Shown here piece by piece: positions 26,156-40,029 of a DNA stretch of 64,000 nucleotides. The position numbers and the translations under genes were made by a program. Source of the DNA: Callorhinchus milii (lineage: Eukaryota); NCBI RefSeq assembly GCF_018977255.1, contig NW_024704744.1, positions 71,486,001 through 71,550,000 of the forward strand. The letters are read 5' to 3'. The notes below the pieces were generated by a model that saw nothing but the letters and a program-made list of their open reading frames with translations, ran no database searches and was not told where the DNA came from. Within the stretch, counting starts at the first letter, position 1. Each line of letters begins with the position of its first letter.

Positions 26156-27404
26156 CTGTGAACATAAGGAGTAAACAACATAAGAATGCAGAATGCAGAA
26201 AAGAGGGAAGTCCAATTGTCCAATTTAGTATTTAGGTCATTTTTCTAATCAAAACGTATCCCTGTAATGCTTTCTGAATCTAAACTGGACCCAATTCACT
26301 TATGAATGTTTTAATTGTCTCTACTTTCTGAAGTAGTCACGAATATAAAAGGATGTGCTTGATTTTAAGTTTGAATCTGACAAAGTTATTCTACATGCCA
26401 ATGTGTTGTTAGTACTCTTGCTTCTGAACGTTGTAAGTTCAAGACCCACTTTGAGCACGTAGTTTTGTCTGACATTCCAATTCAATGCTGTATTGTCAGA
26501 GGCTCTATCGTTTGGATGAGACAGCAAACTGAGGTCCAAATTACCTGTTCTGGTGACTTTAAGAGCCTATAGCATTATTTGAAGAGTTGTTCTTTTGGTA
26601 TAAACACTAACAATTTCCCAGGTGAAAAAAAAATGATTGTTCACTTTACGACTGCTCGTGGGACACTGCTGGGTGCAAAAAGGCTATCATGTCCACCTAC
26701 AAATACAGTCACTACACTTTACAGGAAAACTCTCTGAAGTGTTTCCAATTTGACATGGTGATGCGCTATATCAAAAGTAAGGATTTTATTATACTTTGTG
26801 GCTTCCTTGTCCTTTGGTTCTTACATCAACAATACATATTCCTAAACCCACCTCAACTATTCCCTTAGATATTTGAAAGCAATGAATCCGAATTAGAAAA
26901 GAGAGAATGAACTTCAATAGTTATTTGCTTTCCAGAAACCTTCATCTTGACTAAAAACACCATATCAAATTGCTGTCCTCTCAAAATACACTTTGAGGAA
27001 ATACATATTTCCTCAAATACAGTATGTTTACAAGTATGGTTACTTATTTGAGGAAAGATAACTAGCTTTCAAGAGAACGTTATTGATTGAACCCATTCTC
27101 CATTTTTAATATCAATATTTACAACATTTCTCAATATTAAATGCCATTTGTGATTCATCTGATCAGCTTCTGAATCTCCAGAATTCTCTTATTTGACCAC
27201 AAATCTTATTTAATTTTAATTCAACAACAACCTGCATTTATTTAATGCCCTTCACGTGGGAATGTTTTCGAGCGCTGAATACATTCATCTTTTAAAATAT
27301 TAGGAAAAATAATAGATTTCAGGGCTGATTCTGTAATTTTGTACTTTGGTCACAGCTGTCCAGTTAGAGGTAGCACAACATATGAAAGAAAAATCTTCTC
27401 CAGT

Positions 27405-27485
27405 TACATAGTGCTTGTCAGACCTCATTTGGAGCACTGTGTTCAGTTTTGGGAACCCAATCTTAGGCAGGATATACCAGCCTTA
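27405..27485 (+). mobile_element. Short CR1 ORF2 relic
   Basis: Translates LVRPHLEHCVQFWEP. Confidence 0.7.
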
Positions 27486-27789
27486 TCTGTCAATTTAGCT
27501 AGGTTATCAAGTGCATATCAAAATGTTTCTGCAAGTTTAGACATCAAATATCAAGCATAATGCTGTGATTCACCAAATTGGTTACATCTGAAGAATTACC
27601 ATTAAAGTTCAAATCCTTCATCAGAACGTGGTATTTATATTTTGTATGAAGTTTTGCATTCTGCTCATTCAAATATTCCTTGGCATCTCATCATACATTT
27701 TACACTTGTTTGAGCAGCATACAACAACAACATTACACTTGTATAGCCCTTTCACGTCGGGAGGACGTCCCAAGGCGCTTTGAGCATAC

Positions 27790-27952
27790 CTCAAAGGTGT
27801 GATCCAGCCTATAAACTGGAGATGAATTCATAGCGCTGACCACTTCCAGCACTCCATTAAAGTTGTTTACTTCCTGAAAAACTTGCAGGATTTCAATTAT
27901 TCGACTGACAACTGTGACTCTTTCTTCCAAGTTTTCAGTTTCTACAATACAT
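27790..27952 (-). CDS. SOS1: SOS1 exon 16 equivalent ([11 protein letters not shown]...RLDHTFE)
   Basis: 163 nt, canonical AG/GT, NNFNG motif. Confidence 0.96.
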
Positions 27953-28597
27953 CTGAAGAAAAATACACACCCTTCTTTTAATGACTTAAACATATACAAT
28001 ATGCTATAAGTTATATTAATAAATGATAAAACTGCAGTTAAAAATAACTTATCTTTTTTAACGTTTAATTAACTATGCCTACAGTATACAACTGTAACTA
28101 CATAACATCCAGTACTTCCTCAGTTAGGACTGCTTTCCCTGCCAGTTGGGGCTTAGGCTGGCAGGATTGAGAACATGTAAACACCTCCGAGTCTGATTGG
28201 TAAAACAGACAGGCTGGGCAATCATCAACCGTGCCTTTATTACTGCAAACTTACCTGGCTTTGCAAAGCCCATCTTCTCAAAGCCAGTTGAACTCCAAGA
28301 ATTTAAAAAAAATTCCAGACTAAAGTTGTGAAGATTTCTGTCCTATAGAATAGCTACAAAAGCACCTTCAGTAAGGTACCATGTAGAGGGTATATCCCGC
28401 ATACTGAATATAGTCAAGATTCTCAATTACCAAAGGAAAATATTTTTGTTGGCAAAATTCCCAGTAATTCTTTCCCAAATTCAAATTGTAGATTGCCTAG
28501 GCACCTTCAAATAACAAAATTATTTTAAGGTAACCAAAACATTGCCGCCAATACAGAATACATATATAAAACAATGTTTATACAAACTTATTACTTA

Positions 28598-28774
<177 letters not shown>

Positions 28775-29400
28775 CTATTGAATGGGCAGTAATTTAGAAA
28801 TGATCAGTTCATTTAATATTTTTTAATTTACATTGCACTTGATAAATGTCCCATAGGATCTCAAGAGTTTCACAGTAATTATAGTCACGAATACAGTTTT
28901 GTGAGCAAGCAAAGTAGCTATGTTGCACTCATTAATGTTTCGCAAATAGCCATGAAGCAAATGATCAATTAATCAGTAAGACTGGGTCAGCTGGGCACAT
29001 GGAGAAATTTTTGAAAAAAAACTTATTGAACAGTTTCAACTAAAATTAGTAATATGAAACCATAAATAATTTCCTGAACACTGCTTGCCCAGAAAAAAAA
29101 TCGAGTCAATGTTCTTAAGCAAAAGTAAAACAGTCTTCAAGTGATTGAGAAAACAAATTAGAAAATGATTGCAATTAATCTTTAAATTCATAATCATAAA
29201 TAATCTAAAACATATTAGCGAGTCAAATTAAAAAACTTTTGAACAAAAATGGGTATTTGTAATTTCAATTCCAGAAATTATTTTTATTAAAAAAATAAAC
29301 ATAATTGTTTTATACAGAGGATCACAAATTCTCTTGTTCTACTGTGTAACATATATGATAACATATATAGACCAAAAGCAATAAAAATAAAATGGTTTAC

Positions 29401-29623
29401 CTATAAAGGTCTGATTCTAATAATGTTAGCTGCCGTGCAATTTCTATTGGATGCAAAGTTAGCAGATCAAATAATTCAATTTGACCAGGCCTACTTATAT
29501 GCCATTCTATAGGAGGTGGCAATGTTTCAAATGTAATAGCATGGCCTGGTCCATTTGCTTGTGCTTGTTTTTTCCTCTGGATGATTTTAGTAATAGATTC
29601 AACCCATTTCTTCATGGCTTTAC
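29401..29623 (-). CDS. SOS1: SOS1 exon 14 equivalent (KAMKKWVES...LLESDLYR)
   Basis: 223 nt, canonical AG/GT. Confidence 0.96.
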
Positions 29624-29725
29624 CTGCATCAGAAAATAGAAGGAATCATATTGATAATCATGCTGCTTTTACAGTCAATGTATTTTTAAAGTTGCATGTA
29701 CTGATACCAAATCATGGCCCCTTAC

Positions 29726-29829
29726 CTCTTACTTTTCCAATGAAATTTTCTAGACGACTTAATAGTTCTGCGTCTCTTTCAAAGTCATAGAAATGATGTT
29801 CCACCCAATGCCGACATACATTCAGAACT
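29726..29829 (-). CDS. SOS1: SOS1 exon 13 equivalent ([19 protein letters not shown]...KVRG), REM domain; most 5' SOS1 exon found
   Basis: 104 nt, G|gtaag donor. Confidence 0.95.
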
Positions 29830-30250
29830 CTTTTAGACAACAGAATAAAAACATATTTAAATCTCATGCTCAAAAGGAAAGAAATTTGAAAATGCATTGT
29901 GATGTTGAACACACTCTCAATATAGTCCAAATACCTACAGAACAGTGACAACACATCTACTCTACTATATCAATGGAAAGAACCATAACATCTACCAGGT
30001 GACATACTATTGTACAGCGCAGGAAGGGAAAGCCACATAAACACCTTCAAAGTATTTGGACATCAAAAATGGGTTCAAGGGAGCTACTTCAGCAGTGATT
30101 CCCCAACATTAAATAATCAGAAAATATGCTTACATGTGAAGTCTTCTTGGAACTGAATTGGCTCCAAGGTGAAATAGCAAGACAATGTCAGATTTGAGTT
30201 AATCCTCAAGGTCTTAAAATGGGGACTTTCTGATGTGGGGAAAGCATGTT

Positions 30251-30456
30251 TGGCAAGCTTCCTGCTGCTTATCCAGAAATCAGACTAGTCTGGTCTACCA
30301 AATGGTTCCGTAGTGCTCCAGGCACTGCGGATGACAGATCAGATAACCAGGTTCATCGGTAGGACAAGGATTCTTCCAATTCAGCTTTTGGTAACACTGC
30401 AAGCTAAAGCTCTAAATAGGATAGTTCCAGCTGGATAAGCAGCAGGAAGCTTGCCA
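30251..30456. repeat. Perfect 26-bp inverted repeat with 154-nt spacer
   Basis: tggcaagcttcctgctgcttatccag (30251-30276) and ctggataagcagcaggaagcttgcca (30431-30456). Confidence 0.95.
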
Positions 30457-32042
30457 GAAAGTGCTTTCAACTCCAAGCTATGTGGTTTTAGCTGGTTAAA
30501 CTCGAGCAGAACTTTAATACATATTTACGGTCCCCACGTCTTAGGTCTTGCCAACCTCTGCCTAATCTTCTCTGGAATTAGGTAAATAGGATGCGCCCCT
30601 CTGGAGAGAGAGCCCTTTCCATTCTTGACATGGGAATTTCCACTTGTAGGTGGTATGCATGGAGTTAAATAATGTTCTTTGCACTTGATGCAGCGCCTTT
30701 TGCATCCGGAAGACTTCTCAAAGTGTTTCACAGGATTTAGTGTAAACGATAGTGACTAGGTTCTGGTGGTAAACGCCCTTGCCACTGTTCTTGTAGCAAT
30801 GTCCCACAAACAGCCATGAGGTAAATTACTAATTTTGTTTGGGGAGATTGTGGCCAGGATGCCCGGAGAAATTCCCTTCTTTTTCAGCTTGTGCCACCAG
30901 ATCTTTAATAGCCTTGTCTTTTCCCCCAACACCACTCCACACACGCACTTGCAGTAGTCTAGGTAAGGCTACAGTGTTCGATCTGCAGTGTTTCCAGGTT
31001 CCTCTCATTAGCCCTAGGACAATTTGAGTTGTAACCTCCATAAAGTATACTTATTCTCCAGTAATAGATTTGTAAGGTCAGTTGTGTATTTGTAATTAAT
31101 CTACGGCTGCAAAGTACAAAGTGTCTTCTGTTATCAACAAATTTATATAGACCTAATAAGAAATTGATTCAAGTAGGTTATTTTGTTAGGGATTTTTCCT
31201 GTGTTTGCATAGGTGTATGCGGATGCCAGTAAAATCATTTTTGTAAATGAGCACTACAGCCAATTTGTGCACAGCAATGTCCAACAAACAGCCATGAAGT
31301 GAATGGCTGATTTTATTTGGTGGATTGTTAGCCAGTTTAATGTTAGCCAATTTAACGTCACGTCTAAAGGATAGTGCCTCTGTCAATGTTGTGCTCCCTG
31401 GCACTGCATTTGAGTATCATTTTAGATGGTGAGTTTGCAGTCCCAATGTGGGGTCTGAATATACAACCTTCTGACTTTTAGGCTTGTGTTCCCGCTACAA
31501 ACCTGAGCATGATAACTGATCTCCTTTGTCCGACCTCTGTTCTCTGCTGGGATTACCTTAACAACCATTTGCAATGAAAGACGCTGACTAATTCACGAAC
31601 ACCCGGGAATGAGTGCAACTGACAATTGCATATAGTACCAAATGGAACAATTCTTATTGTACAATATTGCAATTTTTAAAAAAATATCCTTTGGCAATTT
31701 TCAATCCAATTTTTTTTCTTCACTCGATGTTGAAGTGATAGAATGTTTGACTCTCAAATATAGGAAGAAAGGTTCGAGCTCCTATGAGACTTATTTTTTT
31801 CAAGAAAAATTCTACAGAATTCTTACCATGAGAACTAGGTGAAAAGATTATTCTATTATTTTAGTGGTGGTTGAGAACTTCCCTTTCTTTTTTTAAAAAG
31901 GAAGTTTTCAAATGCCTTTAAATTGATTCCTAATGTATTTATTCAGATGGAGAATTAATAATAATAATAGTAATCCTTGCATTTGATAAAGCACTTTTCA
32001 AGTCTTCGAGACGTCTCAAAGCGCTTCATGGAATTGACTATG

Positions 32043-32063
32043 TATATATATATATATATATAT
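32043..32063 (+). repeat. (TA)n microsatellite inside a SINE tail
   Basis: tatatatatatatatatatat. Confidence 0.85.
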
Positions 32064-35000
32064 GTGGGCGAAATTGTGTGTTCAGTGAACGTACATTGTG
32101 ATGTGTTGCTGCCCACCATCCCTATGGTTATGTGCATGTGTGCTTCTCGTCTATCAAAGAATGCATTAAATGTGTGGATCTTTATACCAGTATTTTAATC
32201 TTTCAGTCAGAATGGGAGCACCATCATTGTTCAGGAAGTATGTGTAGCTTTTTTTTAAAAAAAACCTTGTTTTGAGTGTTGGTCTCTGAATGCACCATTA
32301 AAGGTTTTTATTTCTGAGCTAATAGCAAGTTGGGACTCAAAGGATTGCTGTTTAAAAGAGCCGGCACAGACGCAACAGGCTGAATGCCCAGCTTTGGACA
32401 ATAAATTTATATAGTTCTAAGATTTTCCCTTTGACTTCCCCCCCCACCCACCTGCCAAAAAAATGGAGCAAATTCTAGAAAAGTCAAACTCGTCTGTCTG
32501 GGGTTAACAGGCTATCTGTCCGTTATTTAAAACCAATGGATTACAATTCATAACTCTAACCCTCTTTCCTATTTAAGACATTTAGAAGTTATCTCTGAAG
32601 AAATCAGAAAGACTTGGATTTGCTCAGAGGATATTGTAAGCCTGTTGCTCTTGTTTTTCTTTCTTTTGCTAAGATCAAAGAAACTTTTTTTTCAGCTTGG
32701 TGAGTGAAAGCAAACTGCTTCTCACAGCCAGCTATTGTTTGTCTTTATAAGGTTAGTTGTCACGTCAGTTAACTGATAATTACAGTTTTACAGAAGTGAT
32801 CTTAAATATTCTTGTCCTTTTAATCGTTTGAGCTGCCTAAAAGCCACAGTCCATATCGGCATCAAATAGGTATAATTTTAAAGTCGATCATTTTAAAGTA
32901 CAGGAAAAGATGTAGAGAAGATAGCCATAAGTGTACCCCAAAGTAGGTTGTACTGACAATTGAGCAGTACACTCTATTTCTTAAAATTAGTTTCTCTTTC
33001 AGATGAGAGTTAAACCGAGGTACCATCCACGTGTTCAGCTGGACGTTAAAGATCCTGTGGCACTATTTGAGAAATGAAGTGAATTCTCCTGGTGTCCTGG
33101 CCAACGTTCCTCAAACTCAAATTGGTCATTCACTTACTTCATGGTTGTTCTGGGACTTTGCTGTGTGCAAATTGGCTGCCACGTTTGCTTACAAAATAGT
33201 CACTGCACTTTACATTAAATCTTGTAAGTTGCTTTGACATCTCCTTACCTGTAAGGCACGATAGTCAAATGTAAGGATTATTTTTATTTGGTTTTAGGCT
33301 ACATTTGAAAACTTGTATATTGCCATTAGGCAGGCTTATGTTTCGTGAATTCTCTAAACCTGAGAATTTGTACTTTTTTTAAAAAAAAATTCCGCTGTTG
33401 TATGTTACTTGATCTATTTTTACTTGATACAGTAATGCAATTTAAATGAAGTAGGAGCTTGTATAGTAAAGTTGCGTCTACATTGCATCCTTTGATCTGT
33501 GGAAAACGTGAACAGATTTTTGTTTAATGATTTTTGCTTTTAATGTAACCACAAATGATAAAACCGACAGGCAGACCAAAAAAGCATTATTAGGAGTTGA
33601 GGGCTAAATACTCGGTCTTCAAGAGAAGCTTCTTAGATGCTTGGGCTTTGCATCATCAGACCTCTTTGTATGTATAATCTCTGAAATTGGTTTCCTGAAC
33701 TTCGAATGCTCACTTTTCTCTATCCAATTCATTATTGACGTTCAAGTTGAAATATTAATTAGCCCATTTAGTTTGGGTAATTAATCCTTACATGTGATGC
33801 TTGTCTTGTGTTGTGAGGATATCTCAAAATGCTTAAGGGGGTTTACTTTGAAGTGTAAGAACTGTATATTTAGGTTGTTATTGTCAGCCAGGACATTGGG
33901 AGGAACATCCATCTCGCAGTCCCGATGTAGGTCTTGAATCTGTGATTTTCGGCCTCTGAGTTGAGAGTGCTACCGACTGACACCTGGACAAACTCTGAAA
34001 ACTTTTTTTCTCTCTCTCTCCCCTCCTCATAGTTGTTTGCTTACCTTCACTCCTAATATATCAAATTGTACGACATTGCTAACTATATAATTTCTTTGAA
34101 CAATTTTTCTTTGTTGCTTTTAAAGCGACCTTTGACTGGTGACATTTGACATGATTTGGATATTACCAAACCATAATCAGGGTGTTGATAAGGCTTGTCT
34201 GCTATTCAACTGGGCAATTTTAGTCAGGATATTTTTGACTCTACAGCTATAGTTGATTATTACTGTGAACTATAAGACCCAGAGTGCAGTCCAAGGTAAA
34301 ACATTTCTAATGTGTGCGAGTACTTTTTTTTCTAAATGTGTAGCGTTGTGATAACTACAGCAGTTGAGATCCATATTTATTGATATGTAAAATTTTGAGA
34401 GGAAGAGAGGTCAGTAAATGTTCCACAGCCTGTGATTTTCTCTTCTACACATGGAATATAGAACAAGAATCCTCGTTAGTCCAAAAATAAACTATTCTGT
34501 GTATGATAATTTTTGATCAGCGCTAAGTGCACACATTCAGGAACTATATATTTCAGCCGAGAGGGAATTCATGTCCTGTCGAAGCTGTTGCATCAAGGTG
34601 GCTTTGGCAGTAGAGTGAATCGATCAATTTGCTGATGCACCAGACTTGTACTGGGTTCCCTGAAAAGCACAAGTGAGCTGGGCCTTGAAAGATTACATAG
34701 AACGACATGCCACGGAAACGGCCCACTCAGCTCCTCCGTAGCCGTCCAGATGGGCCGAAGAAAAAAAAAAGTGCAAACCCTAAATGGTGATGATAGGTCA
34801 AACTTTCCAAAATGTCTGTTCTGCAGCAGGGAAAGAAGCCTGCTGCTCTAATACCTGTTTGGATAGAGGATGGTGAATTATTTTTAATGTCTTGCTTTTA
34901 GCCCCAGGCTCCTGTTCAACAATCCCATTCAATACAAATTATAGTTATGTAAATTCTTGTGAAAGGAAATGGGTTTTCCTCTTCCTTTCTCAATAAACGC

Positions 35001-36950
35001 TTTTCTTTCTGTCCCAATAGAGGTTAACGAGGAGGGGAAAACCAGATTGCTCGCTTATCACTTTTTAAAAAAAAAATAACCAACTTCCTCCGAAGTTTGG
35101 AAGCTTTTGCAAAGAAAAGAAAAAAAACTTGCTTTTTATTGCCCCTTATGTTAGCGCATCTCAATGTGCTGTACGTTGATTCTGCTGAATGTAGCGAATT
35201 TTTTATAGGCAACCCAGCAGCCATTTTGTGCACAAGTCCCAAAAATTGCTATGAAATGATTGAAAATGGATATGTAGGAGATACTGTAGGCCAGGACACT
35301 GGGACAAACTATCAGCCACTTTATCCACCTGAAGAGGGGGCAAGCAGGATTTCATTTTCATATCGTGTCTGAAGGACAGTACTTCTCTAGTACTGCAGTC
35401 AGGCTTGACTATGAGGGCTGACTTGGGGCTCGAAGCCAAGGCCTTCTAGCCAAGAGGCCAGAATACTACTATCTGAGCCAAGCAAGCACCCAAATATTTG
35501 AATGAATGTGTGGGTCTTGCAAGTGTGCTTTTTATGTGCTGATTGCAAGGTTTTGTTATTAAGATAGCAATATGCTAAACTTGGAAGAAAGAAATTGGAG
35601 GTAGGGTAAAGTGTGTAAACTTGTCACAGGCTTTAATTTCCCCTGAGATTCGTATAAAGCAGGTAGCCGTGAATTTTAAATGAAAGCTGGGTAGATTTAA
35701 AAGGCACAATCTGAATAGATAATCGGCTGACGCTGCTTTCAAGCTACTCACCCATATTTGGTAAGATTTTTTTAAATGTAAAATTGCATGGGTTTGGATT
35801 TTTTGCAGTTTCTCTTAAAAGGTTTGAATTCAAATAGGGTGACGCATGAGTGAGATGCAGAGTAAAGCTTCCTGCCCCAACAACCAACAATAAACCGCAG
35901 TCTGGAGCACGTTGCTGCAATGTGCCTTTCTTATTGAAGGGGTTGCATATTCAGTTCTGATACCTTTACCTTTCAGTAAATCAACAGTAGACTTGACCTG
36001 TATTCACTAAAATTCGCTCTTTCACCTAATTGTCAGAGCGACATGTAATCCTATCATCTGCCTTGGTATACTACTACATCCAATCCTAAAGGTTACTCAC
36101 TGAGCTTAATTTCTTTCTGCTTCTGTCCTTTGCACTTCCCTCCAGACCATTCTCAAGCAGGTGTTCAACGCAACTATTCTTACAAAGGATGGGAATCAGA
36201 CATTCCTTAGAAAAAGCAAATCAAGCTTCAAGTTTTGTAGTGTGAAAATGGAATGCACTCCACCTGAGGGCCTTGGAGATGGATAGGATACTTGAAGGTG
36301 GTCAGGTTGATATTGGGTATTGAGAAATGGCTATTGACTATTTTGATCTGTTGAAGAGTCGGTCACGAGAAGCCACAAATTGCGAATTTCCGTCTGAAGA
36401 GAAAAGAGAGGATTAGTTTATTTTTGATCTGCATGTAATCTTGTTGTTGTTTAGAACACAGGAAGCTATTTTGATCCTGTTTGAGGCAAGTCCATAAATG
36501 GCAATTTAAAGGGAATTTGATAATTGCCTCAGGAAAGATATGCAAAAAGACATGCGATTGGAGCAGAGATGTTTGATGGAAGAGTCAGCGTCGGTGTGAT
36601 GAGGCCAAATGCTTTCCTATAATAATAATAATCCTTGCATTTGATATAGTGCTTTTCACGTCTTCTAGACATCTCAAAGCGCTTCACAGAATATGCTGTA
36701 AAGTGAATTGACTGTATATTTGTGGGTGAAACGCTCACAAATATAATAATCTATAGTATATATAACAGTATAAATATAATAATAAAATATGATGTAATTA
36801 TAATATAATAATCCTTGCATTAGATATTGTGCCTTATCGCATTAAAATTATGTATTTTATATGTACATTTGCTATAAACCTGATTCTAAATGTCAGGATA
36901 GGAGGCTATTCATCTGATTTGTGCTTGTGCCAGGATAGTTTACCATTGGT

Positions 36951-36975
36951 NNNNNNNNNNNNNNNNNNNNNNNNN
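36951..36975. other. Assembly gap (25 N)
   Basis: Run of N. A single N also occurs at 13571. Confidence 0.99.
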
Positions 36976-37471
36976 GTGCACTGTAGGATATCCCTTTAAG
37001 AAGTAAAAGGCAATTGAGAGACAACAAGATAGACCGGCAATAGAAAGGGACACTGGGAGTGGGACAAATTGGTGTGGTTATGCTGAGTGAATTGGAGGGC
37101 TCTGAGTTGCTAATAAAGGAACCTAGTAAACCTGTGATATTTATTACATGCATTACTACCATTTCCCTTTCCCATACTCTTTCATTTTCAAGTGTATCCA
37201 ATTCCCTTTTTACCACTCAGTTTGCTTCCAATTCCCTGTTTTAATTGACTCACTGTGGCAATGTGTTCTGTATCTTAGTAATCATATTGTGCAGACATCC
37301 TTTTTTTGTTTGCTTTTAGTAATTTTTTTTGAAGCATCTTAGACCCCTCCCCCACCACCATATCCTCAGTAAATGCTGTCTCAGCTTCTTTCAGCCAAAA
37401 TGTTCATTCACCATTCTTAAGCTTTTGACTGTTGTTCCTTTTGACTGAAACTCGATTCCACAGCTGCTGGG

Positions 37472-37825
37472 TAATAATAATCCTTGCATTTGATGTAGCG
37501 CCTTATCATGTCTTCGAGACGTCTCAAAGAGCTTCACAAAATGTACCGTAAAGAGACCTGACTGTATTTTGTGGGTGAAATGCGGCAGCCAATTGGACAC
37601 AGCAGTGTCCCACAAACAGTCATGGATTGAGTGACCAAATTATTTTTTTTTAAGGAATTATTACTCCCGGAAAAATGATTCACCAATCGACTAACAGGGT
37701 TCCTACTCACTGCTGAACAGAGGCATCTAGAGTAAGGAAACTTGACAAACGTTTCACCCTGCTGGGAATCAAACCCAGGTCTCTCACATGCGAGGCAAGT
37801 GCTCTGACCATTAAGCTACAGGACT
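37472..37825 (-). mobile_element. Full-length tRNA/Deu SINE (long variant)
   Basis: Same head, core and tail, with an extra central segment (caatcgactaac...cctact). Confidence 0.9.
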
Positions 37826-39256
37826 CCACTCCCAATTCCATTGGGTACCCCAACGCCTTAGTTGATAGATACATTTATTGTGAGCTTTGGCAGTAAATAA
37901 TAATAATAATCCTTGCATTTGATATAGCGCTTTTCACGTCGGGAGGACGTCCCAAAGCGCTTCACAGAACACACTGTAAAGTGAATTGACTGTATATTTG
38001 TGGGCGAAATGTCTGTCTAGGCCAGTAGTGACCAACCCATTGGCCTGTGAGTCTGCTCTAAATCAATGGTTTGTTTCTAGTTTTTTTTTCTTGATTTGAT
38101 TTATGGCATAAATCGATAAGTATCCAAGGGGTGAGCTTGTTACTCTGGGTGGCAAGTTGGAGAAGAAACCTTTGCTGATGTTTTTCTTTTTATTCCTTTT
38201 CTTGCCCCCCCCCCCACTTCCATCAATACCCAGAGGTTTGCTGAGTTCAGCTGTAGCACTCCAGCTGCTGCCTCAGCTGAGAGCAACTAAACCAGTACAG
38301 CAAAAATTTGTCATTCTGGGTCTTTATGGTTCAGTGCTACAAGGCTTTGTTTGTCCACTAGGTCGTTGTGGGAGGCAGTCTCAAATTACTCAAGCTTTCA
38401 TAACTATCCTCTCATCACTGGTATTACTCTTGGGAGCTTCTCCCCAAGTGTGTGTCGGGCGTGGGGAGTAGGGTCTAAAATCAGAGTCTAAAAGTAAATA
38501 GCTGATTTTATATCTGCCTCATCTAGACTGTAATTTTATAGATTGTTTAAGCTGCTCCTAGCCATTCTTGACCTTCGGTTGAGAAGTGTGGTTTTCTGCA
38601 AATTTATGGGGTGAGGAATTATTTTGGAGAATTGTAAGTCTCATAGATGCTGAAAGTTTCAGTCTTGTGGTCTAGCAACAGATGTTGTGGTTTACATGAG
38701 CTTTTGGACACATGAAAACCGGAAATTGACTTCTGATTTGAACAGTTTACACATTCTCTGACTTGACCACTATTTTTTAACTTGTTGCATTAGTTTCAGC
38801 GACATTTCATACAGTTGAGCTTGAATAGTAATCTTATAATGTTTCCCTTGTGAAACTTTCAGGTTTGGCCCAGAAATCAAAAATTAAAGCTGGGAGTTTG
38901 CATAAAGTTTGGGTCAAGTAGTTCGATTTGATCACGAATAGGACATGTGACCAATAGATTGATTTTCGACTTGACAAAGAATATCAAGATGAGATATTGA
39001 CCAAATCCCTTATGAAAGAAGGTAGCCTGCATTGAAGTATCAGCAGAAGCTTTTTTTAAATGCTGTTCAATTAGTTTATTCCCTCCAAATCATTCCAAGG
39101 ATTCCTGAATGTTTGCTTCATACTAGTGGAGTGGGAGAAAGGGTTTCTTCGTGCATGGAATAAAAAGTTTGAAGTACCAGTTTAATAAAAACATTTTAAA
39201 AACATTTGAACTTTTACTGGGGTGAGAAGTGGTAAAGAGAGGCCATATAATGCCTA

Positions 39257-39551
39257 GATAATGTTGAGAGAGTGATTGTCAGAACTACAAAACATAAAAA
39301 ATGATCAATCTCCTGCACTATCGCATTGAGCAGTATTTAAATATTGAAATGAAGGATAATGTTGAGAGAGTGATTGTCAGAACTACAAAACATAAAAAAT
39401 GATCAATCTCCTGCACTATCGCATTGAGCAGTATTTAAATATTGAAATGAAGGATAATGTTGAGAGAGTGATTGTCAGAACTACAAAACATAAAAAATGA
39501 TCAATCTCCTGCACCATCGCATTGAGCATTTATTTAAATATTGAAATGAGG
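39257..39551 (+). repeat. Tandem repeat, 98-bp unit x3
   Basis: Units start at 39257, 39355 and 39453 (gataatgttgagagagtgattgtcagaac...). The first two appear identical; the third has a few changes. Confidence 0.97.
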
Positions 39552-40029
39552 AAGTCCTTTAATTTCCTCTTCCTGAATGATATGTGACCCATTAGATCAA
39601 ATCCGTCCTGAATTCTTGCACAGAAGCCAAATATCCTTTGGCCTTGCTAGCCAGAAAATCCGGACTGCATTCCCACAGAGAGATGACTGAATGTGGAATC
39701 TTCCTGACTTTGATCTTTCATATGGATGATGAGATCAAAGTGTGGGAGGGAAAGAAGCAGGCAAAGAAATTACTGGAAGATTATTAATGGTCATAGAAAA
39801 GTGGTGCTCCATACATCTTCAATACAAATAGAGGGGACTTTTATTCTCTTTCTCCCCCCCCCCCCCCCCCACACCAAAAAAAAATAGTTGAGTAGCAAGA
39901 TGGAATCTCAAAATAGACTGCAGGAAATTCTTGTGGATCAAATACTTTTTTCTTAAATATATTTAAAACGTTAGCGAAACTTTCCGTACACTCTTGTTTG
40001 GCGAAAATAAGGAGGACTAGACTTGGCCT

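Noticed and set aside
30129-30180. Minus-strand gtaag donor as SOS1 exon 12
   Set aside because: The frames checked do not encode ...KEYIQPVQLR or FEIPEPEP.
30226-30365. Hammerhead ribozyme core in the inverted-repeat region
   Set aside because: Only near-matches (ctgatgt, ccgatga); no intact CUGAUGA/GAAA three-stem arrangement.
34750-34800. ATG GGC CGA AGA AAA... as hnRNP exon 1
   Set aside because: Lies next to a CR1-tail-like relic; the donor is weak and in the wrong phase; no CpG island.
36951-36975. N gap as the SOS1/hnRNP breakpoint or hidden shared promoter
   Set aside because: The T-rich + strand character starts about 6 kb before the gap, the flanks are not CpG-rich, and no SOS1 exons occur in 29.8-36.9 kb. 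Not fully excluded.
39257-39551. CRISPR array
   Set aside because: Pure tandem units without spacers, in a vertebrate context with no cas genes.
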